Shown here piece by piece: positions 20,125 to 30,729 of a stretch of 64,000 nucleotides of DNA; position 1 is the stretch's first letter; each line of letters begins with the position of its first letter. The translations under genes and the position numbers were made by a program. The notes below the pieces were generated by a model. The model searched no databases. It worked only from the letters and a program-made list of their open reading frames with translations, and had not been told where the DNA came from. Origin of the DNA: Candidatus Poribacteria bacterium (GTDB lineage: Bacteria > Poribacteria > WGA-4E > PCPOR2b); assembly GCA_965198175.1 (NCBI GenBank), contig OZ240245.1:3840001-3904000 (forward strand). Direction: 5' to 3'.

Positions 20125-21441
20125 TCAAGGCTTTTCATGTGAATGCCGCGGCACGCTCTTGTGCTCTGGGGACATTTCCCTAAACTGGCGAAGTCCTTCC
20201 TCGGCGCCGTATTCATCCAATAACTGTTGCGCCTTTGAAAACTGCTCTGGCGATAACCGCTCCTTGAGTTCCGCTTTGACGATTTCTGGAGTCAGGCTGT
20301 CCGGTATTGGCGGGACCTCTTCCATCGCGACGCTGTTCTCAACATCAGGAGTCCGATTAACTCGACGGGTCGGTTTTGGTTGTTCCGGCAGGACTTTTAG
20401 GGTAGGCGACGGTTCATCAATGCTTCCCTCAGAAGCCTTCTCTACATCTGCCAACACAGACTCCCAAAAACCATCATTGTCAAATTGTGAACGACCTTCC
20501 GGAAGTGCATGTCCATATTCAGCATCCGGTTTAATCGTCACGTTTACGGGAGGGGAATCGGACACCGTTGGTTTTGGTCCCAGCGGATCTAACAAACCTG
20601 CACGATGTTTTTTTTCTTCCAGTAATGCCGCATGAATTGATAACCTAGTCTCAATCTGTTTTTTTTCTGCATCAGTTAATGACGCATCCAATTCACCCGC
20701 CGCTATCTTTGCCTCAACCTCATCCATTGAGACGTCCAAATCTAGAGTCAGTCGAAACTTTTTAAAATATTCATTACGCTCGTACTCGTCTAATGTATAA
20801 TACTCTTCCGGCATCGTATACTCAACACCGTCTTTTATGAACTTAAACTCTTCCGACCGCTTCGCTTTCACTTGATCCATCGAAAATCCCCAAGGATGGC
20901 TCCGCGTAATTAAGTCTGACCGCAAGATGGCATCGCCATCTTTAATCGGGTCGTCTTTGTCGACAGCCACCGTGCCTATTTGTCCGTCAGGGGTTATAAC
21001 CTTTTGTAACACTTTTCCCTCATTCTGTTGGCGTAGCAACTCCGTCCTTTTTATTTCTTTCTCTATGTACGGGGTAAGTTTGCCATACACCATCCACTCA
21101 GCACTTTCCAATTCGTCTCTGCTCATGGGCATTGGCGCTATGACATCCTTTACATGAAGACTCATCCCATCAATCTCAAAGCTACGGCCCTCGTGCCCTG
21201 CAGATTGATTATGCCCATGTGGCGGTGTCGTCGTTAGCGCATCGCCCTCTCGTTCATGCGCATGGTTATCTAAAGAACGCGAGTGGCGAGCGCCAACAGA
21301 CGGATTAACCGCTCGAGCATCCGCGAGCAATTCGTCAAGTTCAACCTGACCTTTGTAAGCCCTTATACCGATATAAAAAATAGATAGAACCGCAACAATA
21401 CATACAGCAATTAAATATGGTTTTATACGACGATTAACCAT
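20125..21441 (-). CDS. Hypothetical membrane-anchored protein
   Basis: N-terminal TM helix, His-rich linker, Pro-rich C-region ending LLDEYGAEEGLRQFRE; SD GAGGAGG. Confidence 0.8.
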   Translation of the reverse strand: MVNRRIKPYLIAVCIVAVLSIFYIGIRAYKGQVELDELLADARAVNPSVGARHSRSLDNHAHEREGDALTTTPPHGHNQSAGHEGRSFEIDGMSLHVKDVIAPMPMSRDELESAEWMVYGKLTPYIEKEIKRTELLRQQNEGKVLQKVITPDGQIGTVAVDKDDPIKDGDAILRSDLITRSHPWGFSMDQVKAKRSEEFKFIKDGVEYTMPEEYYTLDEYERNEYFKKFRLTLDLDVSMDEVEAKIAAGELDASLTDAEKKQIETRLSIHAALLEEKKHRAGLLDPLGPKPTVSDSPPVNVTIKPDAEYGHALPEGRSQFDNDGFWESVLADVEKASEGSIDEPSPTLKVLPEQPKPTRRVNRTPDVENSVAMEEVPPIPDSLTPEIVKAELKERLSPEQFSKAQQLLDEYGAEEGLRQFREMSPEHKSVPRHSHEKP

Positions 21442-21862
21442 TCATGTTCCTCCTCAGTTCTATATGGTATGCGTTTCCTAACTAGTATTACACAATACTA
21501 CAACCCAAGAATAAATGGTATTTATTGATGTATGAGTATGGCAATCACTATAATTTGTCTGCCACAGGTATCAATGCTCATAAAACTCTTGCTTTGTTAT
21601 TTTCTCAGAATGCAACTGCCTCGAGTGCCAACTAGGGGATGAATTGGAACAATTCGAACAGTTAGTATATGCTGAATCATATAGCGACCAGACCTTAGTT
21701 TCAGTCAATGTGCTTGTCATATAAATTCTATGAATCTTGATGGCGCATGTATCGCTAGAATGATTTGCTTCGGCTGTCTCTGCCTGAAACGTCGTATGCA
21801 ACCCAAACATGATGGCCATGGTTACAACGATAAGAACCCTTGCGGTCAATTTTTGATTTATA

Positions 21863-22906
21863 TAGGAGTTACGCAGTTGAGAGCAAATAGGTTATAATTT
21901 GAGCATGAATCCATCGAAATATAATGACATTGACTATATCAATTTCTTGGTTGGCACTCAGAAAAGTTACAGTTGTCTTGAGGCAGAAAAGGTTCAACCC
22001 CAAACTGATGACTCACCGGCTCATGATTCGATAACCAGACTTTTGCATCGAGATGAACCCGATACCGGCAAACTGTGGCACGAATCAAAAAGTCAGGTGA
22101 AATTGAAATCAGGAATTCTAGTTATAGATGATTCGACCCTAGATAAACCTTATTCCCAAAAGATTGACCTAGTGACAAAACACTGGTCGGGGAAACACCA
22201 TCGAGTTGTGCATGGCATTAACCTAATCACTTTGCTTTGGACGAATGGCGATAGACATATTCCATGTGATTATCGAATCTATAACAAAGCCAAGGACGGC
22301 TTGACGAAAAATGACCATTTCCGTGCAATGCTGACGGAAGCGAAGAACCGTGGCTTTGTTCCCGAATGTCTTTGCTTTGATAGTTGGTATGCTAGCCTAG
22401 AGAATCTAAAAGCCGTCCGAGATTATGGTTGGAGATGGCTGACTCGTCTAGCTGCCAACCGACGGGTCAGTAAAGATTATTCCGGTAATCGTCCTGTAAG
22501 TACAGTGCCGATTGAATCAACGGGTACGATTGTTCATCTTAAGGGTTATGGATTGATTTTGGTATTCAAGGTGGACACTCCAGAAGGTGACATTGAATAT
22601 TGGGCAACGAACGACTTACACATGAACGAGTTAACACGTCTCAAATATACGGAATGGTCTTGGGCAATAGAAGAATATCATCGTGGCATTAAGCAATTCG
22701 TTGGCGTCGAACGGGCACAAGTGCGGTCGACTCGCACTCAAAGCAATCATATCGGTTTAGCGCTGAGAGCCTTTCTGAGAATTGAGCATTACTGTTATCA
22801 TACCGGCACCAGTTGGTTTGAAGCAAAACTCTCAATTGTCAGAAAGGCTGTCCGTGATTATTTGGTGCAGCCTCTTTTTACGCTTCAACCAAATGCGTAA
22901 CTCCTA
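21863..22906 (+). mobile_element. IS701-family insertion sequence (1044 bp)
   Basis: TIRs TAGGAGTTACGCA / TGCGTAACTCCTA; 5-bp TSD TTATA at 21858-21862 and 22907-22911. Confidence 0.92.
21899..22900 (+). CDS. IS701-family DDE transposase
   Basis: LVIDDSTLDK, FDSWY, WAIEEYHRGIKQ; the stop codon lies inside the right TIR. Confidence 0.92.
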   Translation: MSMNPSKYNDIDYINFLVGTQKSYSCLEAEKVQPQTDDSPAHDSITRLLHRDEPDTGKLWHESKSQVKLKSGILVIDDSTLDKPYSQKIDLVTKHWSGKHHRVVHGINLITLLWTNGDRHIPCDYRIYNKAKDGLTKNDHFRAMLTEAKNRGFVPECLCFDSWYASLENLKAVRDYGWRWLTRLAANRRVSKDYSGNRPVSTVPIESTGTIVHLKGYGLILVFKVDTPEGDIEYWATNDLHMNELTRLKYTEWSWAIEEYHRGIKQFVGVERAQVRSTRTQSNHIGLALRAFLRIEHYCYHTGTSWFEAKLSIVRKAVRDYLVQPLFTLQPNA

Positions 22907-23008
22907 TTATATTCATTATTATGAACTCCTTATCGAAATTTTGTCAAGAAAAATAGATTGATGGACAATAGCAACCCGGTTACCGTTTTCACAAATACTA
23001 TACAAGTG

Positions 23009-23645
23009 TTACTCATCCCCTGATTTTCCCGGAGCCTTGCTATGACTGGGTTTGTTGGGGTTGGCAACTTCAGGTTCACAAATCAGCATTTTCACCTTAT
23101 TGCGCGCACGAGACAACCGCTTTTTCACAGCATTTTCGGTAATACCCAACGCTTGGGCAATCTCTTTGCACAGCATGCCTTCCACTCGCAGGAGTAGCGC
23201 TAATCGATTCCGGGCGGAAAGTTGCTCGATTGCTTCGAGAACCCTTTCTTCCAAATTGCGGTTCTCTACGCGTTGCTCAACCTTCCGGTGCTCAATAACC
23301 GCCGCAACTTCAAGCGGTTCCACCTCGCGAGCAACCTGAGACAGCGATATGAACTCAATCTGTTTCTGGCGTTCTCGCTGCATACCCGCATCGAGTTGAG
23401 ATGCGATGCTGAACATCCAACTTGCGAATTTGTCGCTGCTCTTGAGTCTTTCGAGATTCTCGGAGGCCCTGAGAAAGGTGTCTTGGACAAGGGTTTGCGC
23501 ATCCTCACGGTCGCCCATTCGCTTGTAAGCATACGCCAACAAGCGGGCACTGTACCGGTCATGAAGCGACGTGAAGGCGTTTTCATCACCTTCTAGGGTC
23601 CGGTGTGTGAACTAATTGCGCGTCACTTATCCCGTCAAGTCCCAT
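23009..23645 (-). pseudogene. ECF sigma-70 factor, frameshifted near codon 13
   Basis: MGLDGISDAQLVH / RTLEGDENAFTSLHDRY..DAQTLVQDTFL..FASWMFSIA..EIAQALGITENAVKKRLSRAR. The shift lies in CACACAC at 23603-23609. Confidence 0.8.
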
Positions 23646-24092
23646 TTTGCTCTCCGACTGATAGGGTCCGGTCAAAGGGATTTGGAGAAGTTTACACCAC
23701 TTATAAGAATGCAATCTGGTCGAAAAAGCGACAAAACAAATCAACTTTTTTAGGGCTTCCCAGAGCACACATCCTGCAACACCCAACGAAACAATTCGAG
23801 GCACAGCCATAAATCGCTATGCTGAAGAATGAGGATAAGTTCATCTGAATCCACCACTGTTCAACAATAAGCCCTGAATTATATTCATCCTCATGTTAAG
23901 TTCTGGTGTGAAAAAGCTTGAACTTGAGAAGCAAATGAACCATCCATGGATGAATCTGATTCGATATGACTTGAATCTGTATGTTCGGTAAGTTATCATA
24001 ATTATATAACTTCTGGCGCGAGATTTGAAGACCGGACAAAAATTGATTCGGGGCTCCACACTCTTGATGACTTTATGAGGAGGTTGCTAAAA

Positions 24093-24929
24093 ATGAACAC
24101 CCTAAAGACCGGAGTACTGCTGACTGCCTTAACGGTTCTTTTGATGATGATTGGGAGTTTCTTTGGTGAAGGCGGTTTAATCATCGCCTTAATGGTAGCT
24201 GTTTTCATGAACATCGGTTCGTATTGGTTTAGCGATAGGATAGTTCTAACGATGTATAAAGCGCAGGAGGTCGACTCGAGCAGCGAGTTGTACCGAATTG
24301 TGCATGCACAAGCGCAGAAGGCTGGCTTGCCGATGCCGCGCGTCTATGTGATTCCAATCGATTCGCCTAACGCTTTTGCAACAGGCAGAAATCCGAATCA
24401 TGCGGCGGTGGCTGCAACGCAAGGAATCATGCGTTTGTTGTCCCGAGAAGAGCTCGCCGGTGTCATTGGGCACGAGCTCGCGCACATTAAACACCGCGAT
24501 ATCCTGATTTGCAGTGTTGTTGCAATGATGGCTGGGGCGATTATGATGTTGGCGTACATGGCACAGTGGGCTGCAATTTTCGCCGGCTTAAGGGGCGATG
24601 ACGAAGAGGACGGCAGCGGCGGTATATTTGGTGTTCTTTTCATGATTATTGTGGCGCCAATTGCTGCGACGATCATCCAACTCGCCATTTCCCGTTCTCG
24701 CGAATATGCTGCGGATCGAGGCGGCGCGGAGATTTGCGGGAATCCGAATGCACTCGCACACGCCCTTCGCAAACTTGAGCGCGGTGTCGAAATGTCGCCA
24801 ATGCAAACAAACGCCGCCACTTCCCACCTTTTCATTGCGAATCCACTGCGCGGCGGGTTCGCAAAGCTCTTCAGCACCCATCCGCCAATGGAGGAACGCA
24901 TTCGCCGCCTTGAGGCGATCAGGCAATAA
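24093..24929 (+). CDS. htpX: Zinc metalloprotease HtpX (M48)
   Basis: [39 protein letters not shown]. Confidence 0.96.
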   Translation: MNTLKTGVLLTALTVLLMMIGSFFGEGGLIIALMVAVFMNIGSYWFSDRIVLTMYKAQEVDSSSELYRIVHAQAQKAGLPMPRVYVIPIDSPNAFATGRNPNHAAVAATQGIMRLLSREELAGVIGHELAHIKHRDILICSVVAMMAGAIMMLAYMAQWAAIFAGLRGDDEEDGSGGIFGVLFMIIVAPIAATIIQLAISRSREYAADRGGAEICGNPNALAHALRKLERGVEMSPMQTNAATSHLFIANPLRGGFAKLFSTHPPMEERIRRLEAIRQ

Positions 24930-24963
24930 TTTCACTGCTGCGTGAAGAAACGGAGGAGTTGTT

Positions 24964-27708
24964 ATGCTTTTGAATGTACTCCGATTGTGTAAATTTTGTC
25001 TTAACCCGATCCGAATTTCATTCGTATTAATCTTTGTAATTATTGCGATTGATAGATTTGGCGGCGTGCTTCATGCCGTGGATGAGCACGCATCTGAACA
25101 CCAACTCAAAAACGCGGACGGAACGTGGAAATGGACAAATGCCTTAATCCACGAGACAAGCCCCTACCTGCTTTTGCACACCCATAACCCGGTGGAATGG
25201 TATCCTTGGGGTCCTGAAGCGCTGGAACGGGCGAAAGCAGAAAATAAGCCGATTTTTCTCTCAGTTGGCTACTCAACATGTTATTGGTGTCATGTTATGG
25301 AGCGGAAAGTCTTCTCAAATCCGAAAATTGCCGAACTAATGAATCAGTGGTTTATTAACATCAAGGTAGATCGAGAGGAACGTCCGGATATTGATGAAAT
25401 CTACATGACAGCAACCCAAATCATGACACAGCACGGTGGTTGGCCGAACTCTGTCTTTTTGACGCCGGATCTGCTGCCTTTCTTTGCAGGCACCTACTTC
25501 CCACCGGAGGACAGCGTCGGTCGCCCCGGTTTTCCGCGCATCCTACGAGGTGTTCATGATGCGTGGGTGAATCAACGAAAATTGGTTGTTGAACGATCGA
25601 AACAGATTACTGCGGTCATCAGACAAGCAACAAGTGAAGGTATAATCAACGCAGATGACATACTGATTGATCGGCAACTGGTTGAATCTGCCGTAGATTA
25701 TCTCACGGAAAGGTACAGCGCAGACTACGGCGGCTTCGGCGATGCGCCGAAATTTCCCAGCCCAACTAATCTTGAATTCTTGCTGAGTGAATTTCAACGT
25801 CGGACTAAAACACCGATTCGCATTGATTCGCAATTCGCGAGTGATTTGGATGAGGGTAAGCTTCCGAAGGGTTTACGACACACGCTTGAAAATGCAGATA
25901 TATCACTTTCTGAAAATGTTGTGGTTTCGGTTAAAGAGAAAGGCGCCGGGTGGTTAATCACCGATGTTGCCAACAAACAGGCTTACTCTGTTAAGAAGGA
26001 TCGAGATGAGCTAAAGATTTATAAATCTGCAGATGCGCTTCTGAAGATGATTTCCCATACCCTTGATATGATGGCATACGGCGGGATTTACGATCAGATA
26101 GGCGGCGGATTCCACCGGTATTCGGTCGATGCGAAATGGCTTGTTCCACACTTTGAAAAGATGCTCTATGACAACGCACAACTGGCAAAAGTTTACTTGC
26201 ATACATATCAGCTGACGAAGGAGCCGCTCTATCGATCTATCGCTGAAGAGATTTTCGAGTTCGTCTTCCGGGAGATGACATCGACCCAGGGAGGTTTCTA
26301 CTCCGCACTCGACGCGGAAGTGGATGCGGAGGAAGGCAAATACTACGTTTGGACAAAGGCGGAGATTCAAAAGATTCTTGGAAAGAAGAAGGCTAAGCTG
26401 TTCGCAAAGGTCTACGGTGTAGACAAGGGACCTAATTTTGAGAGTGAGACCAATATACTGTATCTACCTTCCCCGATTGCGAGTGTAGCAAAGGCTGAAA
26501 AGAAGTCCGAGGACATAATCCGCAGGCAGCTTGACCCGCTCAAGAAGAAGTTGTTAGCGGCGCGCGAGAAACGGAAGCCTCCATTGCTCGACACGAAAGT
26601 GATAACTAGCTGGAACGGTTTGATGATTGATGCGCTCGCTTACGGCTATGAAGTCTTGGGCGATCCTAGCTATCGTGACGCCGCGCAGAAGGCAGCGGAA
26701 TTTATCTTAAAGCACCTGCGAAAATCCGATGGACAGTTGATGAGGACCTACAAAGACGACATTGCCAAATATGATGGCTATCTTGATGATTACGCCTTCC
26801 TCGTTCGCGGCATGCTTGGATTGTATCACGCAACCGGTGAAGATCGTTGGCTAAAGGAAGCGCAATCTCTGACTAATACCATGATTCGACTACTCTGGGA
26901 TAACGAAGACGGCGGGTTTTACTTCACCCTCGCCGATCAGGAATATCTGGTGGTTCGCACCAAAAATCCTTATGATTCTGCACTTCCTTCGGGAAACGCT
27001 GTGGCTATCAACAACTTACTTACTCTCACCCGCATTAGCGGTGAAAAGGACTATCTCGACAAAGCTCAGAAAAGCCTTCGGAACTTCGCTAGCGTGATGC
27101 AGCAATCGCCCGGGGGTTTTATGCACATGCTTCTCGCCGCCAACCATTATCTCTCGACAGATTGGATCGAAGCTACAGAAGCGGAGGAAGAACAACACGC
27201 TGAATTTGCTTTGAAGTTGAAGGAAGAAAGTGGAATTAACCCCTTTTCTCCGCCGAAAGCCCTAAGCGGCAAGGAAATTGCCCTACCATCGGGAGACGAG
27301 GTTGTGAAAATCTCAGTATCAATATTATCGAAAGAGCGGATTTCCCTCCAACGCCCGTTTGATATCGAAGTTCAACTAGAGATTGACGAAGGCTGGCACA
27401 TTAATGCCAATCCAGCGTCAGACGATTTTCTCATTCCCTCCACTGTGTCGGTCAGTCCAGACGCGACCGTTCAAGTCCTCTCGATAAAGTATCCCAAAGG
27501 AAAACTACTAGACCTTAGCTTCAGCGACCAGCCCTTATCTGTCTATGAAGGGGTACTCACAATTCAGATGCAACTGCAATTGAAACCAGGAGTTTCTCGT
27601 GAAGAAGCGTTTCCCGTGAATCTGAATCTTGAGTATCAGGCGTGCGACGATCAGCGTTGTCTGCCGCCGTCAACGAATACGATCCAGCTTACGTTGAACA
27701 ATCGCTAG
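24964..27708 (+). CDS. YyaL/SSP411 (DUF255) thioredoxin-domain protein with a DsbD-N-like C-terminal domain
   Basis: [48 protein letters not shown]. Confidence 0.9.
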   Translation: MLLNVLRLCKFCLNPIRISFVLIFVIIAIDRFGGVLHAVDEHASEHQLKNADGTWKWTNALIHETSPYLLLHTHNPVEWYPWGPEALERAKAENKPIFLSVGYSTCYWCHVMERKVFSNPKIAELMNQWFINIKVDREERPDIDEIYMTATQIMTQHGGWPNSVFLTPDLLPFFAGTYFPPEDSVGRPGFPRILRGVHDAWVNQRKLVVERSKQITAVIRQATSEGIINADDILIDRQLVESAVDYLTERYSADYGGFGDAPKFPSPTNLEFLLSEFQRRTKTPIRIDSQFASDLDEGKLPKGLRHTLENADISLSENVVVSVKEKGAGWLITDVANKQAYSVKKDRDELKIYKSADALLKMISHTLDMMAYGGIYDQIGGGFHRYSVDAKWLVPHFEKMLYDNAQLAKVYLHTYQLTKEPLYRSIAEEIFEFVFREMTSTQGGFYSALDAEVDAEEGKYYVWTKAEIQKILGKKKAKLFAKVYGVDKGPNFESETNILYLPSPIASVAKAEKKSEDIIRRQLDPLKKKLLAAREKRKPPLLDTKVITSWNGLMIDALAYGYEVLGDPSYRDAAQKAAEFILKHLRKSDGQLMRTYKDDIAKYDGYLDDYAFLVRGMLGLYHATGEDRWLKEAQSLTNTMIRLLWDNEDGGFYFTLADQEYLVVRTKNPYDSALPSGNAVAINNLLTLTRISGEKDYLDKAQKSLRNFASVMQQSPGGFMHMLLAANHYLSTDWIEATEAEEEQHAEFALKLKEESGINPFSPPKALSGKEIALPSGDEVVKISVSILSKERISLQRPFDIEVQLEIDEGWHINANPASDDFLIPSTVSVSPDATVQVLSIKYPKGKLLDLSFSDQPLSVYEGVLTIQMQLQLKPGVSREEAFPVNLNLEYQACDDQRCLPPSTNTIQLTLNNR

Positions 27709-27897
27709 CAACTAGACCAGACATCTACCCAACCCTCGTTTAAGCTGGAAAATGTCTATAACCCGTAGTGAATCTTTCCTGTAAATTCTCAAAGGCTTCT
27801 CCGATTCCCATATGCGGGGTAACATTTACGATGACATCCAACACAAGCAGTCAGAATGGTTGTTATTGAAAGAAAATGAGATGATAGGTAGAGGACC

Positions 27898-28647
27898 GTG
27901 AGCGATCGAAATATCAAACTCACGATTGAATACGACGGTACACACTATCACGGCTGGCAGATTCAGCCGAATGCCATCACCGTTCAGGAAGTCATCCAGA
28001 ACGCGCTCACGAAAATCACACAAGCCAAGACGCAAATTTTCGGTGCAGGTCGAACAGACAGCGGCGTACACGCCGCTGGTCAAGTTGCTAATTTTCATAC
28101 GCACGCCCAGATGTCCGCAATCGCCTTCCAGAAAGCACTTAACGCTCTACTTCCGAGTGATATCGCTATCATTCATGCAGAAGAAGCCTCTCCCGATTTT
28201 CACGCACGCTTCAGCGCGACGAGTCGAACCTATCAATACACCCTCCTCAATCGGATGTATCCCTCCGCCTTCTTACGAAATAGGGTCTATTTCCTGCCTA
28301 ATCCAGTGATTAACGTGCACTCGGCAAACGCGGTCTGCCGGGCGTTAGTCGGCAAACGGGATTGTTCTTCATTCCGACGTACAGGCGGGGATCGTGTAAG
28401 TCCGGTATGTGACATTTGCGAATCCCGCTGTTGGAAAGAAGGAGATCTTGTCCACTTCGAGATTGAGGCAGATGCGTTTCTGCGGGGAATGGTCCGTGCG
28501 ATTGTCGGTACGATTTTGAGACTCCATGACAGAGTGTCGCCAGTCGATCATTTCCACAAGATTCTTGAGGCGCGTGACAGATCGGCGGCGGGACCTTCTG
28601 CACCCGCGCACGGTTTGTCCCTTACTCGAGTGAAATATGACCTGTGA
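27898..28647 (+). CDS. truA: tRNA pseudouridine(38-40) synthase
   Basis: YDGTHYHGWQIQ, GRTDSGVHA, FHARFSA, FLRGMVR. Confidence 0.96.
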   Translation: MSDRNIKLTIEYDGTHYHGWQIQPNAITVQEVIQNALTKITQAKTQIFGAGRTDSGVHAAGQVANFHTHAQMSAIAFQKALNALLPSDIAIIHAEEASPDFHARFSATSRTYQYTLLNRMYPSAFLRNRVYFLPNPVINVHSANAVCRALVGKRDCSSFRRTGGDRVSPVCDICESRCWKEGDLVHFEIEADAFLRGMVRAIVGTILRLHDRVSPVDHFHKILEARDRSAAGPSAPAHGLSLTRVKYDL

Positions 28648-29117
28648 AGCGAAATGCGTAAAACGTGAAATTAAATTGCTAAACAATCCCACCAATGTAG
28701 AAGCTGCCCGATCTACCAATCGCCACCAGACTACCTTTTCATCTCCCTATCAAGGGACGAAGATACAACCCCCCAATCTAGTTAGTAAAGAAAGCTGATA
28801 GTACAAACGTCCGCAGGCTCACAGACCATTCTGCATTTGACTACCACCCGCCTTGTCCCTAATCGTCTCAGGACTTCCTTTCAATTTTACCGAGGGAGTA
28901 AGCTCAATTGCATGAAACTGCACCAAATTGTTCACAAGAATGGCAATTTTGCACTATTTGGGGCAGTTACGGAAGTTGTGAACGAAGAGCTGAATAGTCT
29001 GGCAGGCGCTCTCACACTGCATTTTCTAATTGGAACGCTCTGGCACACAAATTGCGTGTTTCGTACTTGAACTTTAGAAAAGTCGGATTGAGATTTTCGG
29101 AAAGGTGATTACTATTC

Positions 29118-29930
29118 ATGGAGTTATCCACGATTTCGATTGGATTGCGCCGTGTTAGCAGGCTGATTATTGGCGGCAATCCTTATAGCGGGATTTCACA
29201 CCATTCCTCGGCGAAATCGAAAGAACTGGAGAATTTCTATACTGCCGCTCAGATCATGGCAGACCTACGGGAGGCAGAGCGATGTGGGATTAACACTGTA
29301 CTTGCGCGTGCAGATCGACATATCATGCGGGTTTTGAATGAGTACCGTGGCACCGGCGGAAAGATTCAGTGGATTGCGCAGACAGCGAAGAGAAACGAAT
29401 ATGCGGAACTCATAGATCACATTCGTCTGATTGCTCGTTACCAACCGATTGCCATCTACCAGCACGGAGGAACGACCGATCAGCTCTATGATGAAGGAAA
29501 GCTCGATTCGCTACGAGACGCTTTGACGTTGATTCGAGATTTGGGCTTCGTCGCCGGCATCGGAACCCATGACCCACAGATACTAAAATATTGTTACCAC
29601 GAAGGATTCGATGTCAATTTCTACGTTTGCGCACTGTACAACCACACACGCCATCCTGAGATGTATCTGCCCGCCGATGGAGATGTTGCGCTTGAAGCGA
29701 TTCAGGCGGTACATCTGCCGGTGATTGCCATCAAAGTGCTCGCTGCGGGGCGCATCGAACCGGTTTCTGCGTTCCGCTTTGCCCTCGACCGCATTAAGCC
29801 GATTGATGCCATAGCGGTTGGTATGGATACGAAGGGGCGTCCGGCGCTCATCAGCGAAAATGCAATATTGGTCAGCGATATGATTAATCGTATCCATGCA
29901 GCAAAGACAGATGAAAGGAGCGCATTGTGA
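29118..29930 (+). CDS. Aldo/keto-reductase-like TIM-barrel hypothetical protein
   Basis: VSRLIIGGNP, GIGTH, IAIKVLAAGR. Confidence 0.65.
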   Translation: MELSTISIGLRRVSRLIIGGNPYSGISHHSSAKSKELENFYTAAQIMADLREAERCGINTVLARADRHIMRVLNEYRGTGGKIQWIAQTAKRNEYAELIDHIRLIARYQPIAIYQHGGTTDQLYDEGKLDSLRDALTLIRDLGFVAGIGTHDPQILKYCYHEGFDVNFYVCALYNHTRHPEMYLPADGDVALEAIQAVHLPVIAIKVLAAGRIEPVSAFRFALDRIKPIDAIAVGMDTKGRPALISENAILVSDMINRIHAAKTDERSAL

Positions 29931-30553
29931 CACATTGTTTACCACGCATTTTTTGTTTGTGGATGTGTTTGATATGGAGTGGCTGCGGCATTATCATGCC
30001 GCAATCGAACTTCATCTGGAGTGAGAATTATGCACTGGACAAAAATGGCGGACGTTGTTCAATCCCTGAAGTGAACGACGGAAATTTGCAAACGTCTGGG
30101 CGACTGGGAGTAAAAGCTGTGGGAATACTCAATCCGCCTAAGGGAAGGAAAAATCAACCTCAACCTCCTCCTCAGTCAAGAAGATTTGGTAGCAGGGGCA
30201 GAAACTACTCATTCACACAAGGCAAGATTCACTCACAAGTCGATGTCGAATTCCGCCAAAAACTATCGATTAACAAAATTGTCATCCATGCAACCAATCT
30301 CTACAAATTGGAGGTGTATTGGCGGGATGATGAGGCTGAGTGGCTGCTATTGAGTTCCGTTGGTCAAAATCCAAAAAGTCCCGTTGTTGTCATTGCGCAC
30401 GCTGTTACCGATGCTATTCTAATTAAGGTGAAGCCAATGGTGCCTATCCGGTCCAGGCAGCGACTGCAGCATTCCCCAGAATTTGCGATTGAAGTGCAAG
30501 CACAAATAGCAGAGATTGAAGTTTACGGGAAGATGCCCAAAAATGCGAGTTGA
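29927..30553 (+). CDS. Putative lipoprotein with a discoidin/galactose-binding-like domain
   Basis: Lipobox-like WSGC; ENYAL..NDG; C-terminal IAEIEVYG. Confidence 0.6.
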   Translation: MTHCLPRIFCLWMCLIWSGCGIIMPQSNFIWSENYALDKNGGRCSIPEVNDGNLQTSGRLGVKAVGILNPPKGRKNQPQPPPQSRRFGSRGRNYSFTQGKIHSQVDVEFRQKLSINKIVIHATNLYKLEVYWRDDEAEWLLLSSVGQNPKSPVVVIAHAVTDAILIKVKPMVPIRSRQRLQHSPEFAIEVQAQIAEIEVYGKMPKNAS

Positions 30554-30729
30554 TAAGGGGAACAATTTATGTGAACTGGCTTGCACCTTGTAGAAGCGTC
30601 GCATAAGCATTCTGTCACCGTCATGGATTGGCAACCCTTGAAAAACGTGCGGTGGAGCCGATCCTCTCCTGCTCTGATTCTTTAGGCTGTACCCCGATAC
30701 TGGGCAACTCAGAAAGGAGAATGAATCCC

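Larger units (their letters stand above)
21478..22916 (-). pseudogene. Small secreted Cys-rich protein gene interrupted by the IS element
   Basis: Removing the IS and one TSD restores SD AAGGAG plus MNINQKLTARVLIVV... The TGA at 21571-21573 is followed by 30 more open codons to TAG 21478. Confidence 0.7.

Noticed and set aside
23820..24090. Heat-shock operator (CIRCE) upstream of htpX
   Set aside because: No TTAGCACTC-N9-GAGTGCTAA found.
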